A stretch of 64,000 nt of DNA from Patescibacteria group bacterium (GTDB lineage Bacteria > Patescibacteriota > Microgenomatia > UBA1400 > PJMF01), in NCBI GenBank assembly GCA_016861085.1, contig BOKR01000001.1, forward strand, positions 761,696-825,695. Reading direction: 5' to 3'. The notes beneath the pieces are model-generated. The model had not been told where the DNA came from. It was given only the letters and a program-made list of their open reading frames with translations, and did no database searches. Positions 48,384 through 58,740 of this stretch are shown one piece after another (the stretch's first letter is position 1; every line of letters begins with the position of its first letter). The position numbers were made by a program, and so were the translations under genes.

Positions 48384-51005
48384 TTATTTTTTTGAAGCAA
48401 TCTCTTGTAATCTTGCTAGTTCCTGTAATGCTTCAATTGGGGTCATACGTTCAATAACAATCGCTTGTAAATCTGCAACAATTTTTTCACTCAAATCACT
48501 TGTATTAATCTTTTTATTTTCGCCCTTAATTTCTTCAGCTTTTTTTTCTAAATTTGATAAAATTTTCACTGCTTTTTTTGTCACAATTTCTGGCACCCCA
48601 GCAAGTTTAGCAACAGCCACACCAAAACTATGTGAAGCACCACCAGGAATTACCTTGTGCAAAAAAATTGGCTCACCATTGTCATTCTCAATTGCCACCT
48701 GGAAATTCTGAATTTTTTCTGGATATTGTTCTGCCAGTTTTTGCAATTCATGATAGTGAGTTGCAAACAATGTTTTGGCATGAAGGCCACTTGTAACCAA
48801 ATATTCCGCAACTGCCCATGCAATGCTAATTCCATCATAAGTACTCGTACCTCTACCAATTTCATCCATGATAATTAAACTATTCTGAGTGGCGTGATTC
48901 AAAATGTGAGCGGTCTCTACCATCTCAACCATAAATGTTGATAAACCACTCGCAATAATGTCTGAAGCCCCGCTACGAACAAAAATTCTATCAACCAAAC
49001 TAATTTGTGCTGATTCTGCCGGTACAAAACAACCAATGTGAGCAAGCAAAACAATCAATGCAGTCTGGCGCATATAAACAGACTTACCAGCCATATTTGG
49101 GCCAGTTATTAACAAAAGTTGGTAATCAGTTTCATTCAAATAGGTATCATTGGGAACAAACTGGCTCTCATCCAAAACAGTTTCAACTACGGGGTGTCTG
49201 CCTTCTCGAATCAGTATCTCGCCAGTAGTAATCAGTTCTGGTTTTGTGTACCTATTTTTTTGAGCCAGCACAGCAAAAGAGGAAAGTACATCTGTGACTG
49301 ACATAGCATGTGCAGTATTTTGTAAAACTTGTGTATGTTGAACTACTTTTGAAACTGTTTCTAAAAATAACCGATGTTCTAACTCACCAATTTCCTCTTC
49401 AGCATTAAGAATCATGTCTTCATATCGCTTTAAGTCATCGGTAATAAACCGCTCTGCATTTACGAGTGTTTGTTTACGATAGTAATCACTTGGAACATGG
49501 TCTAAGTTTGCTTTGCTCACTTCAATATAATAACCAAACACTTTGTTATATTTTACTTTTAGTGAAGAAATTCCTGTTCTTTCACGTTCCTTTTGTTCAA
49601 GTTCTTTCACCCATGATTTCCCACCACCAGAAATATTTCTTAATTTGTCTAACCTCTCACTAACTCCTTCACGAATAATGCCTCCACTACGAATGTCAAT
49701 TTTGGGATTATCTAATATCTGTTTTGCAATCCATTCAATTACCACGGTGATTTCTTCGGTAATCTCTTTACTTAATTGGACAGCTAGATTATTTTTTAGT
49801 TCCAGCAAAAGTTTCTTAACTTCAAGTGATTTCTGCAAAGAGAGTTTGAGATTGAGCAGATCACCAGGATTTGCTAAACCCACTGAAAGCTTTGCTACAA
49901 TCCTTTCAATATCATATATTCCACTTAACTCCTCAATAACTTTTGATCTAAGGTTACGGTTAAATACACATTCTTCTACAAAGTCTAACCGCTGCTCAAT
50001 ATTTTTTTTATTTTTTAGTGGATGAATAAGCCAATTTTTTAGTAGACGCCCCCCAGCTGCACTCACTGTTTTATCTATGACTTGTAACAATGAGCCTTGC
50101 TTTTCGCCTTCACGAATTGTTTCAAATAGTTCCAAATTAACCACTGTAGAGCGATCTAAAATAACAAACTCATGAGGTTTATACGATTCGATTTTTTTTA
50201 TATGAGAAACTGTTTGTTGTTGGGTATGGTTTAGATATCCAAGTAGCACGGCGCTAGCAACCTTCGCATATGTTTTTGTTTCTATTCCGAATCCTCGTAA
50301 ACTAGAAATACCAAAATGATTTTTTAAATAATTGGCCGCATCACTTTCAAATACTTCCCATTGATCAAACGGGAAAATATTGAGCGAGGATACCTTTTTA
50401 AGTAGACCAAGAAACTCTCCTTCATTATATAAATTGTTTGGCAAAATACATTCACTGGGTTGAAATCGTAACAACTCAGTTAATAAAAGCTGTTCAAATT
50501 CTTGTCTGTTTTGAGCAGTAACCTGTGTTGTGACAAATGATCCTGTAGAAATATCAGCAAATGCAAGTGCAATCACTAACTCACCTTTTTCTTCACCTCT
50601 GCTAATACTCACAATGTGATTATTTTCTTTTTGTTGTAATGAGTTTTCATTCAAAACAGTACCAGGAGTTACAATTCTTACCACAGCTCTCTCAACAATT
50701 CCTCTTTTATCTGGCTCTGTAATTTGCTCACAAATTGCAACTTTATATCCGGCCTTCACCAATTTTGCAAGGTACTGTTCAGATGCATGATATGGTACCC
50801 CTGCCATTGGTACATCGCCGTCTTTACCTCTTGGACGAGCGGTTAGTGTAATGTTTAAAACTTTTGCACCAATTAGTGCATCATCTAAAAATAATTCATA
50901 AAAATCACCTAAACGAAAAAATAATAGGCAATCTGGATATTGCCTTTTGATTTCCATATATTGGAGCATCATTGGAGTTGAAAATTCTCTGTCCATAGTC
51001 ATCAT
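48384..51005 (-). CDS. mutS: DNA mismatch repair protein MutS
   Basis: Mismatch-binding N-terminus (MMLQYMEIK...GDFYELF). Walker A GPNMAGKS. TFMVEM and DEIGRGTSTYDG. Confidence 0.95.
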   Translation of the reverse strand: MMTMDREFSTPMMLQYMEIKRQYPDCLLFFRLGDFYELFLDDALIGAKVLNITLTARPRGKDGDVPMAGVPYHASEQYLAKLVKAGYKVAICEQITEPDKRGIVERAVVRIVTPGTVLNENSLQQKENNHIVSISRGEEKGELVIALAFADISTGSFVTTQVTAQNRQEFEQLLLTELLRFQPSECILPNNLYNEGEFLGLLKKVSSLNIFPFDQWEVFESDAANYLKNHFGISSLRGFGIETKTYAKVASAVLLGYLNHTQQQTVSHIKKIESYKPHEFVILDRSTVVNLELFETIREGEKQGSLLQVIDKTVSAAGGRLLKNWLIHPLKNKKNIEQRLDFVEECVFNRNLRSKVIEELSGIYDIERIVAKLSVGLANPGDLLNLKLSLQKSLEVKKLLLELKNNLAVQLSKEITEEITVVIEWIAKQILDNPKIDIRSGGIIREGVSERLDKLRNISGGGKSWVKELEQKERERTGISSLKVKYNKVFGYYIEVSKANLDHVPSDYYRKQTLVNAERFITDDLKRYEDMILNAEEEIGELEHRLFLETVSKVVQHTQVLQNTAHAMSVTDVLSSFAVLAQKNRYTKPELITTGEILIREGRHPVVETVLDESQFVPNDTYLNETDYQLLLITGPNMAGKSVYMRQTALIVLLAHIGCFVPAESAQISLVDRIFVRSGASDIIASGLSTFMVEMVETAHILNHATQNSLIIMDEIGRGTSTYDGISIAWAVAEYLVTSGLHAKTLFATHYHELQKLAEQYPEKIQNFQVAIENDNGEPIFLHKVIPGGASHSFGVAVAKLAGVPEIVTKKAVKILSNLEKKAEEIKGENKKINTSDLSEKIVADLQAIVIERMTPIEALQELARLQEIASKK

Positions 51006-51026
51006 TACTATAACAGCCCGATCACT

Positions 51027-51704
51027 TTACTCAAAGTCTTGTGTGTTAATCTTCTTCAATTTAAAGTTGATTCTCTTTTTTGCAAGTAATTCCTCAAGCT
51101 GACTATTCTTTTGGTAAGAACTTAATAGATATATAGTAGTATCACCATTTTCAGCTTCTTGAGCCTGTTCTCTAATGGCCAGCTGTTTCATTAGTGTCAA
51201 AACTCTATTCAAGTTTTTTGTTTTAATGCTTAATACATATGGTTTCGATTTAAGCCCAAAGATGAACTGTAGTTTTGCTATTGGTTCAAGCAATAACACA
51301 AACCCTAACATTGCCAGAGAGACTAAGTAGAATCCTGAACCAATTGCAATACCCATAGCAGCAGCAACCCAAATCATGGCTGCAGTTGTGACTCCCAATA
51401 CTTTTCTATCACTTTTCAAAATCACCCCTCCACCTACGAATCCAATTCCTGTCACGATTTGTGCCATCAGTCTTGCTGGATCAGCATTGGGAGAAACATA
51501 AATGTCTTTGAGGTGAATGGAAATTGCAGTTAACAGGGTTGAGCCAACACACAGTAACATTTGAGTCCGAATGCCAGCTGGCTTGCCACTCATTGTCCGG
51601 GTATACCCCATGATACCGCCCACAATAAAAGCAAAGATCAGTTTAAAAATTATTTGTAGTTCAAAAGGGTAAACATACTGATAAAATATATCAAAGAAGT
51701 CCAT
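51027..51704 (-). CDS. MgtC/SapB family membrane protein
   Basis: MgtC N-terminal 4-5 TM domain plus a C-terminal ACT-like domain. Confidence 0.7.
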   Translation of the reverse strand: MDFFDIFYQYVYPFELQIIFKLIFAFIVGGIMGYTRTMSGKPAGIRTQMLLCVGSTLLTAISIHLKDIYVSPNADPARLMAQIVTGIGFVGGGVILKSDRKVLGVTTAAMIWVAAAMGIAIGSGFYLVSLAMLGFVLLLEPIAKLQFIFGLKSKPYVLSIKTKNLNRVLTLMKQLAIREQAQEAENGDTTIYLLSSYQKNSQLEELLAKKRINFKLKKINTQDFE

Positions 51705-51756
51705 AGTAGTAGCACTATACTACTATGATTCGTAAATTTCAAAGACCCTTTTTCAT

Positions 51757-52152
51757 TTGGTGCTGTATACTAAAACCATGCAATATAACCAAAACACCAA
51801 GATTGCCGTAGTTGGCGTTTCTGCAAACCCAGATAAGTATGGACACAAAGTGTTCCGTGACTTACTACGATCTGAGTACAACATTGTTGGAATCAATCCA
51901 AAAGGTGGAGTTATTTTGAACCAAAAAATCTATCCTTCTCTACTCGACCTTCCAGAAATTCCAGAATTGGTAATCCTGGTTGTTCCACCAGAGGTTGGAA
52001 TGTCAGTTTTAGAAAGTGCGCTAGACTTGGGTGTAACTAATGTTTGGCTACAGCCTGGTGCCGAATCTGATGAATTAATCAAGTTTGCACAAGACAATAA
52101 CCTTGATATAACACACCATGCTTGCTTCATGACTACACAGGGAATATGGTAG
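51757..52152 (+). CDS. CoA-binding domain protein (YccU-like)
   Basis: IAVVGVSANPDKYGHKV...NIVGINPKGG...VILVVPPE. Confidence 0.65.
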   Translation: MVLYTKTMQYNQNTKIAVVGVSANPDKYGHKVFRDLLRSEYNIVGINPKGGVILNQKIYPSLLDLPEIPELVILVVPPEVGMSVLESALDLGVTNVWLQPGAESDELIKFAQDNNLDITHHACFMTTQGIW

Positions 52153-52923
52153 ATGATGAAAACTGTAGCTTTTCTTAAATCAGGTTTTGATGTTGAACGG
52201 TTTCGAAAAAAACTTCTGTGCAAAAAAAAATATAAGACTCTGCTAGAAACGTATTTCAATGATTTGCCCGAAATTGAAGATCAAAATTCTCCAAAATTTT
52301 GGGATGAAAAATTTGCTACGGAAACTGAAAGTGATTTATTCCCAATGTCCACAGACAGAAATAGAATTGTGGGCTCATTAATTCAGCCAAACACAAAAGT
52401 GCTTAATATTGGTGCTGGAATGGGGTACCTAGAAGAAGTTGTTTTTAACACTATTGGTGAACATATTGACTGGACTGGAACAGATATCACCAACCAAACA
52501 CTAGAAAAATTAAAAACAAATTTTCCAAAATATCATTTTGTGAAATCAAAAATAGAAGAGTTGCCTTTTGAGAGAGACACTTTTGATATTGTTTGTTTAC
52601 TAGAAGTTCTTGAGCATATTTCACCAAGGCACACATTTGGGGTGCTCAAAAAAATCCATACTGTTTTAAAGCCAGGAGGTACAGCAATTATCAGTGTGCC
52701 AGTGAATGAAGGTTTAGAAATGATGCCAAACAATCCAAATTCACACCTACGCGTTTATTCCAAAGAATTGCTTTCTTTTGAAGCCAGAATTTCTGGGTTT
52801 AAAATCAAAAGAATAATTGCTCTAACGGCATTCCCAAATTGGTATTTTGTTAAAAAAATAATCAACTCAATCTTCAATCTAAGAAAACCAAACAACTATA
52901 TTTTTATTTTAGAAAAAAAATAA
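52153..52923 (+). CDS. class I SAM-dependent methyltransferase
   Basis: Motif I VLNIGAGMGYLEE. Post-I acidic DITN. Motif II FDIVCLLEVLEH. Confidence 0.7.
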   Translation: MMKTVAFLKSGFDVERFRKKLLCKKKYKTLLETYFNDLPEIEDQNSPKFWDEKFATETESDLFPMSTDRNRIVGSLIQPNTKVLNIGAGMGYLEEVVFNTIGEHIDWTGTDITNQTLEKLKTNFPKYHFVKSKIEELPFERDTFDIVCLLEVLEHISPRHTFGVLKKIHTVLKPGGTAIISVPVNEGLEMMPNNPNSHLRVYSKELLSFEARISGFKIKRIIALTAFPNWYFVKKIINSIFNLRKPNNYIFILEKK

Positions 52924-53487
52924 TTATCGTAATACAGCTGGAAACTTCTTCTTTGCCAACTCCCATGCTGCAATCGTCTGACCACACCAAATTTCATTGG
53001 CTTCAATTAGTCTATCCATTTCCTCAAAACTCAACTTTACAATCTCAATATCCTCTGTTGAATCAAAATGCTGTTGAGAATTAAACTCACAATCTTTTGC
53101 TAAATACACAAACACAATTTCTGTTGCCTTAGTTGAAAAGCCAGAAAGCCTTGCAAACTGCGTTAATTGGCTTAGTTCAACTTTGACACCAGTTTCTTCT
53201 TCAAGTTCATGTTGAGCTGTTTCATCCATATTTTTGTGAGTATCTTCGATTCTTCCGGCTGGGAACTGCATAATAACTTCATCGACTCCTGGTTTGTATT
53301 GATTCACAATAATGACTTTCTTGTCTTTCGTTATTGGAACAATCATGGCCACATCAGCCAAAGTAGTTACAGTAAAATCATCAACAATTCTTCCGTTTGG
53401 CAACTGATAGGTACGCTCTTCAATTGGAAACCATTTACTTGGTGAAACATCTTTTTTCGAAAGTAACTTCCATTTTTTAGGTTGCAT
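52924..53487 (-). CDS. NUDIX hydrolase
   Basis: Nudix box GRIEDTHKNMDETAQHELEEETG. Confidence 0.75.
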   Translation of the reverse strand: MQPKKWKLLSKKDVSPSKWFPIEERTYQLPNGRIVDDFTVTTLADVAMIVPITKDKKVIIVNQYKPGVDEVIMQFPAGRIEDTHKNMDETAQHELEEETGVKVELSQLTQFARLSGFSTKATEIVFVYLAKDCEFNSQQHFDSTEDIEIVKLSFEEMDRLIEANEIWCGQTIAAWELAKKKFPAVLR

Positions 53488-54244
53488 TTTTTACCTCTTT
53501 TTCTCGTTCTGCTAATAATTCTTTTGCTTTATTCTTACCAATGTCAGTGACAAAATAACTGTCTAAGTCGTTTCGCAAATTTTCTAAGTACTCTATTGGT
53601 ATAACTCCCTTTCTTATTGTATCTTGCCAAAAGTTGAGGTGGGTAAATGACCAAACATGATCCAAATCGACAAGCAACTGAACCTCTGTTGGCATCTCAT
53701 TTCCCGCACCAGCAACTGCTTCTGGTTTGTCATGAAATAAAATTGCCTTGCAAATAAGTTCAATTTCAGAATTTGTTAATCCAAGTTCATCTTGTTTTTC
53801 TGTTAAAATTCTCCTTGCATTTTGTTCACCTAAAATTGCATGTTTTTCTTTCGGAGCAAGAGCTTTATTAGTTATCCTCAAGCCTAAAACACCTAAACTA
53901 TATGCAATTTCTTGCTCAGTCATTTGACTCCAACCAGAATCATGTAACATAAGTGCATAAGCTAAAACATTTCTGTTAACATTTTTACCAGTAGATTCTG
54001 CTTTTGCAATAAATTCATTTAAATACTGCATACAAACTGCTGTGTGAACATCTGTAGTTCTTGCGGATAATAGTGGTAAAATTTCGGAGTAAAAAGATCG
54101 AAAATCTTTCGGAATTAAATCAAGATATTCGTCACTCCACGGCAAAAAAATAAGAAAGTGCTGTTCAGACTCTGGTAGTTGTGAATTATCTGGCAATGTA
54201 ACCAAGACATCTTTTGGAAAATTCGCTGGCACAGTTACTCGCAT
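53477..54244 (-). CDS. HD-domain-like metal-dependent phosphohydrolase (putative)
   Basis: The H...HD...D pattern (DVHTAV, LMLHDSGW, ILFHDKPE) is suggestive only. Confidence 0.4.
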   Translation of the reverse strand: MRVTVPANFPKDVLVTLPDNSQLPESEQHFLIFLPWSDEYLDLIPKDFRSFYSEILPLLSARTTDVHTAVCMQYLNEFIAKAESTGKNVNRNVLAYALMLHDSGWSQMTEQEIAYSLGVLGLRITNKALAPKEKHAILGEQNARRILTEKQDELGLTNSEIELICKAILFHDKPEAVAGAGNEMPTEVQLLVDLDHVWSFTHLNFWQDTIRKGVIPIEYLENLRNDLDSYFVTDIGKNKAKELLAEREKEVKNAT

Positions 54245-55101
54245 AATATTTCCTCCCAGTATGTTACTCTATCATTTCTAATGGCCAAAATATTTTGAAA
54301 TGCAAAAATTTCATGGGTCACTGGTGAGTATTTCTGTAATGGCAACAATCCATTTTTGCTAACTCTATAAAGAGTATAACCATTCAAAATATCAACGAAA
54401 TCTTTAAAAAACACCCGTTGGAACACATTCATTTGATTAAACTCAAATTGAATTAACTCTATTTTTTTATTTTCCAGTAATTCAAGCGCCCCACGCAAAA
54501 CTTCCAACTCAAATCCTTCTACATCTATTTTTAATAATGAAATATTTTTTATTTTCTGTTCTTTTACAAACATATCCAAAGTTACACAGTCAACCATAAA
54601 TGACTGTGCCTTTTGACCATGTAAATTTTCAATCACAGTTTTATTCAAGCTTGCTAAAGTTGATGTTGGTTGCGTATATTTTAATTCACTATCTTCAGCA
54701 AAATCCCACAGTTTAACCTTTTTGTTTTCAGAACCTACTGCTAAATTGTGAGCAGTTATTTTTGTTCCAAACCGATTTTTTTTAGGAGCATTTTTCAAAT
54801 ATTTCTCAAAAATTTTTGGGTGTGGCTCAAATGCAATAATTTCTTTTGCGTGTAAAGAATTGGAACCAAAAACTACTGTATTAGCACCAACATCTAAAAT
54901 CGTATCAAGTTTCTTTTGTGAGATTTTTTCAATCAACCATCCTTCACCAGTTACCTCATCACTACCAGCATTTAAAACACCCATGCCACGAAGAGAAAGT
55001 TTATAGATGGTAACCCATAATTTTTGCAATGATTTTCTTGTTACCACTGAAGTTAATAGTAAGGCTAGGCGGTTTTTCAGGTCTAAGAGTAAAGTATCCA
55101 T
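54235..55101 (-). CDS. FkbM-family methyltransferase
   Basis: VGANTVVFG...FEPHP...LLKIDVEGFELEVL. Confidence 0.65.
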   Translation of the reverse strand: MDTLLLDLKNRLALLLTSVVTRKSLQKLWVTIYKLSLRGMGVLNAGSDEVTGEGWLIEKISQKKLDTILDVGANTVVFGSNSLHAKEIIAFEPHPKIFEKYLKNAPKKNRFGTKITAHNLAVGSENKKVKLWDFAEDSELKYTQPTSTLASLNKTVIENLHGQKAQSFMVDCVTLDMFVKEQKIKNISLLKIDVEGFELEVLRGALELLENKKIELIQFEFNQMNVFQRVFFKDFVDILNGYTLYRVSKNGLLPLQKYSPVTHEIFAFQNILAIRNDRVTYWEEILCE

Positions 55102-55121
55102 GAGGAAAATTATAACACTAA

Positions 55122-55206
55122 GGCGGAGGTGGAGGGGTTCGAACCCACGAATCCCGAAGGATCACGCTTTCCAGGCGTGTGCAATTGACCACTATGCGAC
55201 ACCTCC
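55122..55206 (-). tRNA. tRNA-Ser(GGA)
   Basis: Type II tRNA GGAGGUG...CACGC-CUGGAAA-GCGUG. Long variable arm AUCCUUCGGGAUUC. T-loop UUCGAAC. One U-U mismatch in the T-stem. CCA is not fully encoded. Confidence 0.7.
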
Positions 55207-55234
55207 TCAAAAAAAGCTACAAATTAGAGATCTA

Positions 55235-55753
55235 TTATAACACTAAATTCTCGACAGCTTTCACCATATCATCATTACCAAGCAGTGTGTCTTTTTGAGA
55301 CAATATTTCTTCTCTCGTGTACCATTTTGCATCATAAATTTCTTCGTCTGATGGATTTTTAGTGACATCAATTTTTTGCTCGCCAACCAATGTGCATTGG
55401 TAACCGATACAAACAATATGGACACCGCTTTTTTCTGGGCTGTCATGCTCTTTTTCTCCTAAGACAAAATCCCAAGCTCCAATTACTTTACCAACTTTTA
55501 TGTCTAGCCCCGTTTCCTCTTTTACTTCTCGAATCAGTGCTAGATCTAAACGCTCACCAAACTCTATCCCGCCTCCTGGAAAATCAACAATTTCTACAGG
55601 ATTTCCGTCGCGATGCACTAATTCATGAATCATCAAAATTTTACCCTCATGAACTATGAGCGCTTTCACCCCGGGACGCATTCTTTGTTTTGGATTTAAG
55701 TGATCTGTTGGCATATGGTTTATAATACCAGGCAAATGAAAAAAATTATACAT
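55235..55753 (-). CDS. NUDIX hydrolase
   Basis: Nudix box GGGIEFGERLDLALIREVKEETGL. Confidence 0.8.
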   Translation of the reverse strand: MYNFFHLPGIINHMPTDHLNPKQRMRPGVKALIVHEGKILMIHELVHRDGNPVEIVDFPGGGIEFGERLDLALIREVKEETGLDIKVGKVIGAWDFVLGEKEHDSPEKSGVHIVCIGYQCTLVGEQKIDVTKNPSDEEIYDAKWYTREEILSQKDTLLGNDDMVKAVENLVL

Positions 55754-56431
55754 CCTGAAAGTGGTACTGCGACTAATTTATTTGCGTTGCCAGAACTTCC
55801 AACTCAGCTTCAAAAAAGTATTGAGTTAGTGCAAAGACAAAATGGAATTCTAACTATTTTAATTCATCCTTTTTTCCAACAACTTGGTTCACAGCAGTTT
55901 GATTCTTTTTCAACTCCTCAATTAATGAAATATCTTCTTGAACACGACACAGCTTCAACTAAGGGCCTGAGTGCTCGATCAAGAGGTTCATTACACAGAC
56001 AAATAATCACAAAAGATGTGACGGAGTTAGGTACAATGGCTTATTTTTTTCGTCTGAAAAATCTGCTTGAAAAATCAAACATGATGATCCTTGCACTTGG
56101 AGAATATGGGCCACACGTGGGAGCTTCTATAGCTTTACTCCGTGAGTTTGGATATAAAGGTGACCTGCTGGTATATGAAACAAAAATTGCCGACCCAAAA
56201 CCTGACCCTCGTGAAGGCACGTGGGATGATTTAGCAAGAGCTATAGCATTACTTGCTCCAAAAAAGCTTGTTGTAGGCGGTCAAATGAATAGATGTCCTG
56301 CAGAAAATATGTCTGTTCGTAGAGGTTGTATTCCCGGGTTCGTGACCGATATCAGTGCAAGACTACCCAAAGATAAAAAAACTCAAATTATTATTTCACC
56401 AGTTACTTATCCAAATTGGTGGAAAAAGTAG
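55700..56431 (+). CDS. hypothetical protein
   Basis: Start is probably MKKIIHPE near 55736. Confidence 0.35.
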   Translation: MICWHMVYNTRQMKKIIHPESGTATNLFALPELPTQLQKSIELVQRQNGILTILIHPFFQQLGSQQFDSFSTPQLMKYLLEHDTASTKGLSARSRGSLHRQIITKDVTELGTMAYFFRLKNLLEKSNMMILALGEYGPHVGASIALLREFGYKGDLLVYETKIADPKPDPREGTWDDLARAIALLAPKKLVVGGQMNRCPAENMSVRRGCIPGFVTDISARLPKDKKTQIIISPVTYPNWWKK

Positions 56432-57521
56432 ATTGAAACTTGTTTAAAACTTCACAAACCCATTGAATGTCATCGCTCCTCACATGCAACCCCATCGGTA
56501 AGTACACAATTTTTTGCTTTTTGCTCCAAGGGCTATCGTTAAGTTCAAACCTCAGTAACAGACCGTTTTCACGAACAAACCGCAAAAAAAATTCAGCATA
56601 CTGCAACTCTAAGCCTAACGGAAATCCTCGCAGCTGAGAAAAATCTGGTTCAGAAATTGGAATGTAAAAAAAGTATTTTGATTTTTTTGTTTTCTGCAAA
56701 ATATTTTTGTATAGCTGTGCTTGTTTACGCTTTAGGTCATATATTTTTACAATATTTAGCCTGTTTGACATCCATGCCATTCCAGGAATTCCACATGCAG
56801 GTAACTGTTGATCACCAATAACGTCATAACCCTTTTTCATAGCAAACTCAGCACAAATATTTCCGTATTTTTGAATTACCTTACTTTTTGTGTAGTAAGC
56901 AATATTGAGGAATAGCTCCATTAGCACCCACCAAAAAAATACTTGCAATCGATACCAAGCTGTTAAAAGATTAGTTTTCATGGGAATTTTTGGAATTGGA
57001 TGAACCGAATATACCCAACTGCCCTGCACTGGAACCACTTTTCGCAAACTATCTATAACGTAATGGTTTTTCGTAGCAAATTTGATAGCTTGAGGATCAA
57101 CAACTTTGTGCACACAGTCTTCAATCAAAATAGTTTTTTTTGGCAAAAACTCTAACCATTCCTTTGAATTTTTTAGCAAAGGATTTGTAATTCCAATTGA
57201 ATGAAAAATAACAACAACCGCTGGATTATTTTTTTGTAACTTGTTAATAAAATCAGATTCGTTTGGCTGCAAATATTTGTCTACATTGTAATGAATGTGC
57301 TGCAATCCGTGAGAATTCATGTTATCTGTCACATCACCACAAAAAAATTCAGGAACTAAAACAACTGCATTTTTCTTGATTTTGTGGATTTTGAGCAAAT
57401 GCCACAAAGCGTCCTCCCAAGAAAGAAAAAAACTCCCACTAATTTTTTTTGTTTGAGAAGACAGTTGACTTGAGCGATTGGTAAAATACGTAGGAATCAA
57501 TGGTGGCTGAATAGGGAGCAT
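56403..57521 (-). CDS. hypothetical protein
   Basis: 372-aa ORF with no confident motif. Confidence 0.4.
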   Translation of the reverse strand: MLPIQPPLIPTYFTNRSSQLSSQTKKISGSFFLSWEDALWHLLKIHKIKKNAVVLVPEFFCGDVTDNMNSHGLQHIHYNVDKYLQPNESDFINKLQKNNPAVVVIFHSIGITNPLLKNSKEWLEFLPKKTILIEDCVHKVVDPQAIKFATKNHYVIDSLRKVVPVQGSWVYSVHPIPKIPMKTNLLTAWYRLQVFFWWVLMELFLNIAYYTKSKVIQKYGNICAEFAMKKGYDVIGDQQLPACGIPGMAWMSNRLNIVKIYDLKRKQAQLYKNILQKTKKSKYFFYIPISEPDFSQLRGFPLGLELQYAEFFLRFVRENGLLLRFELNDSPWSKKQKIVYLPMGLHVRSDDIQWVCEVLNKFQSTFSTNLDK

Positions 57522-57843
57522 GATTTTTATCTAAAATAGAGGATTTATATGGGTTCATTTTATCATATTTTGATCTGGTTTACCACTTGTAATATAGCAT
57601 CATTGTGATATACTATTATAGGTTGTTTTGATTTCGTTGCTATGCGCGATGAATAATCAAAAGAGCCACTGTTCTTTAACATACCGCGTGATACTAGATT
57701 TTTTGAAATAAGGTTCGCCCTTGTTGATTATATATGGTTCGTATATTTAGATATGGTACTTTGTGTGATCAACTAGGGCGAGCAAAATTCAAAAATTTAA
57801 TTTAATGCTTGTCCTTTATTCTTTCCCTATAGGTGAAAAACTT

Positions 57844-58188
57844 ATGAAACGTTTGAAAACCATTCTCATCATCGCCAGTTTCTTGATTGGGCTGGCCCTC
57901 CTGGTTGGGTGCGCAAGCGCCCCAACCTCCGCGCCGGCGGCTCCGGCAACCACAACATACGTTGTCACAAATGAAGATGCCCGCTCCGTTGACACCCCGG
58001 CCATCACGGCCGAAGTCACCTGGGACGGCTCTTCCTGGACCTGCAACGTCCAGAACTGCGCCCAGAACAAGCAGATCAATGGCAATACCATGGAATTCTG
58101 GGTTTCCATGGTCAAAATCGCCACGGAAGACGTTGACAACCCCGGCCAACTAATCCCTGAACCCGGCTTTACAGTCTCGGTTAAATAG
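57844..58188 (+). CDS. high-GC small lipoprotein, hypothetical (probable horizontal acquisition)
   Basis: MKRLKTILIIASFLIGLALLVGC (lipobox LVGC), then an Ala/Pro/Thr linker. One 60-nt line counts 42/60 G+C, against AT-rich flanks. Confidence 0.6.
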   Translation: MKRLKTILIIASFLIGLALLVGCASAPTSAPAAPATTTYVVTNEDARSVDTPAITAEVTWDGSSWTCNVQNCAQNKQINGNTMEFWVSMVKIATEDVDNPGQLIPEPGFTVSVK

Positions 58189-58199
58189 TTTGAGTAGAA

Positions 58200-58229
58200 C
58201 TTAGGCACCCTCAACTTGAGGGTGCCTAA
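58200..58229 (+). terminator. rho-independent terminator
   Basis: Perfect 14-nt inverted repeat TTAGGCACCCTCAA-C-TTGAGGGTGCCTAA, then GGTTTCT. Confidence 0.6.
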
Positions 58230-58279
58230 GGTTTCTGCAAATTAAAGCACAGCAACAAAAATCACGCGGTATATAACTT

Positions 58280-58702
58280 TTAATGAGAACTCAACAAACC
58301 AGGATGCTCAGCAGCAATTTTTATAATTTTTTTAAGCGTTGGCAGATTGACTTGTTCTATTTTCTTGAATCGAATGCAGCTTTTACCAACACTGACTTTA
58401 CCTAGTTCGTTCTTATATTTTTCAGCTACATACTCATTATCAACTACGCTACAAATATATACACTCACATAGTTTTTTTGATTAGCTAAAGCAATCACAG
58501 GCCATTCACCTTTTTCTTTTTTGTAATTGGTGTAAGGAAAAGAACCATACCCAATCATATTTGAAGCAAAATGAGGTTTTAGTGTTGGGGCATTTTCTTG
58601 GATAAAAGCGTGAAGAAAATTGATTATTTCTTGACGATCTTCAGGGACTGCATCTATATAAGATTTAATTGATGCAGCTTTGATGGATTTAAACATGTTC
58701 AT
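58280..58702 (-). CDS. DUF1801-domain protein
   Basis: ...YIDAVPEDRQEIINFLHAFIQE... pattern. Confidence 0.55.
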   Translation of the reverse strand: MNMFKSIKAASIKSYIDAVPEDRQEIINFLHAFIQENAPTLKPHFASNMIGYGSFPYTNYKKEKGEWPVIALANQKNYVSVYICSVVDNEYVAEKYKNELGKVSVGKSCIRFKKIEQVNLPTLKKIIKIAAEHPGLLSSH

Positions 58703-58740
58703 TTGTAACTATTGTAACAAATAACTGTTATTGGCGGAGC

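Noticed and set aside
57802-58214. Antisense ORFs 57802-58149, 57816-58214 and the frame-shifted 57887-58153 over the second high-GC gene
   Set aside because: Same GC artefact. The sense-strand lipoprotein with signal peptide and lipobox is the coherent reading.
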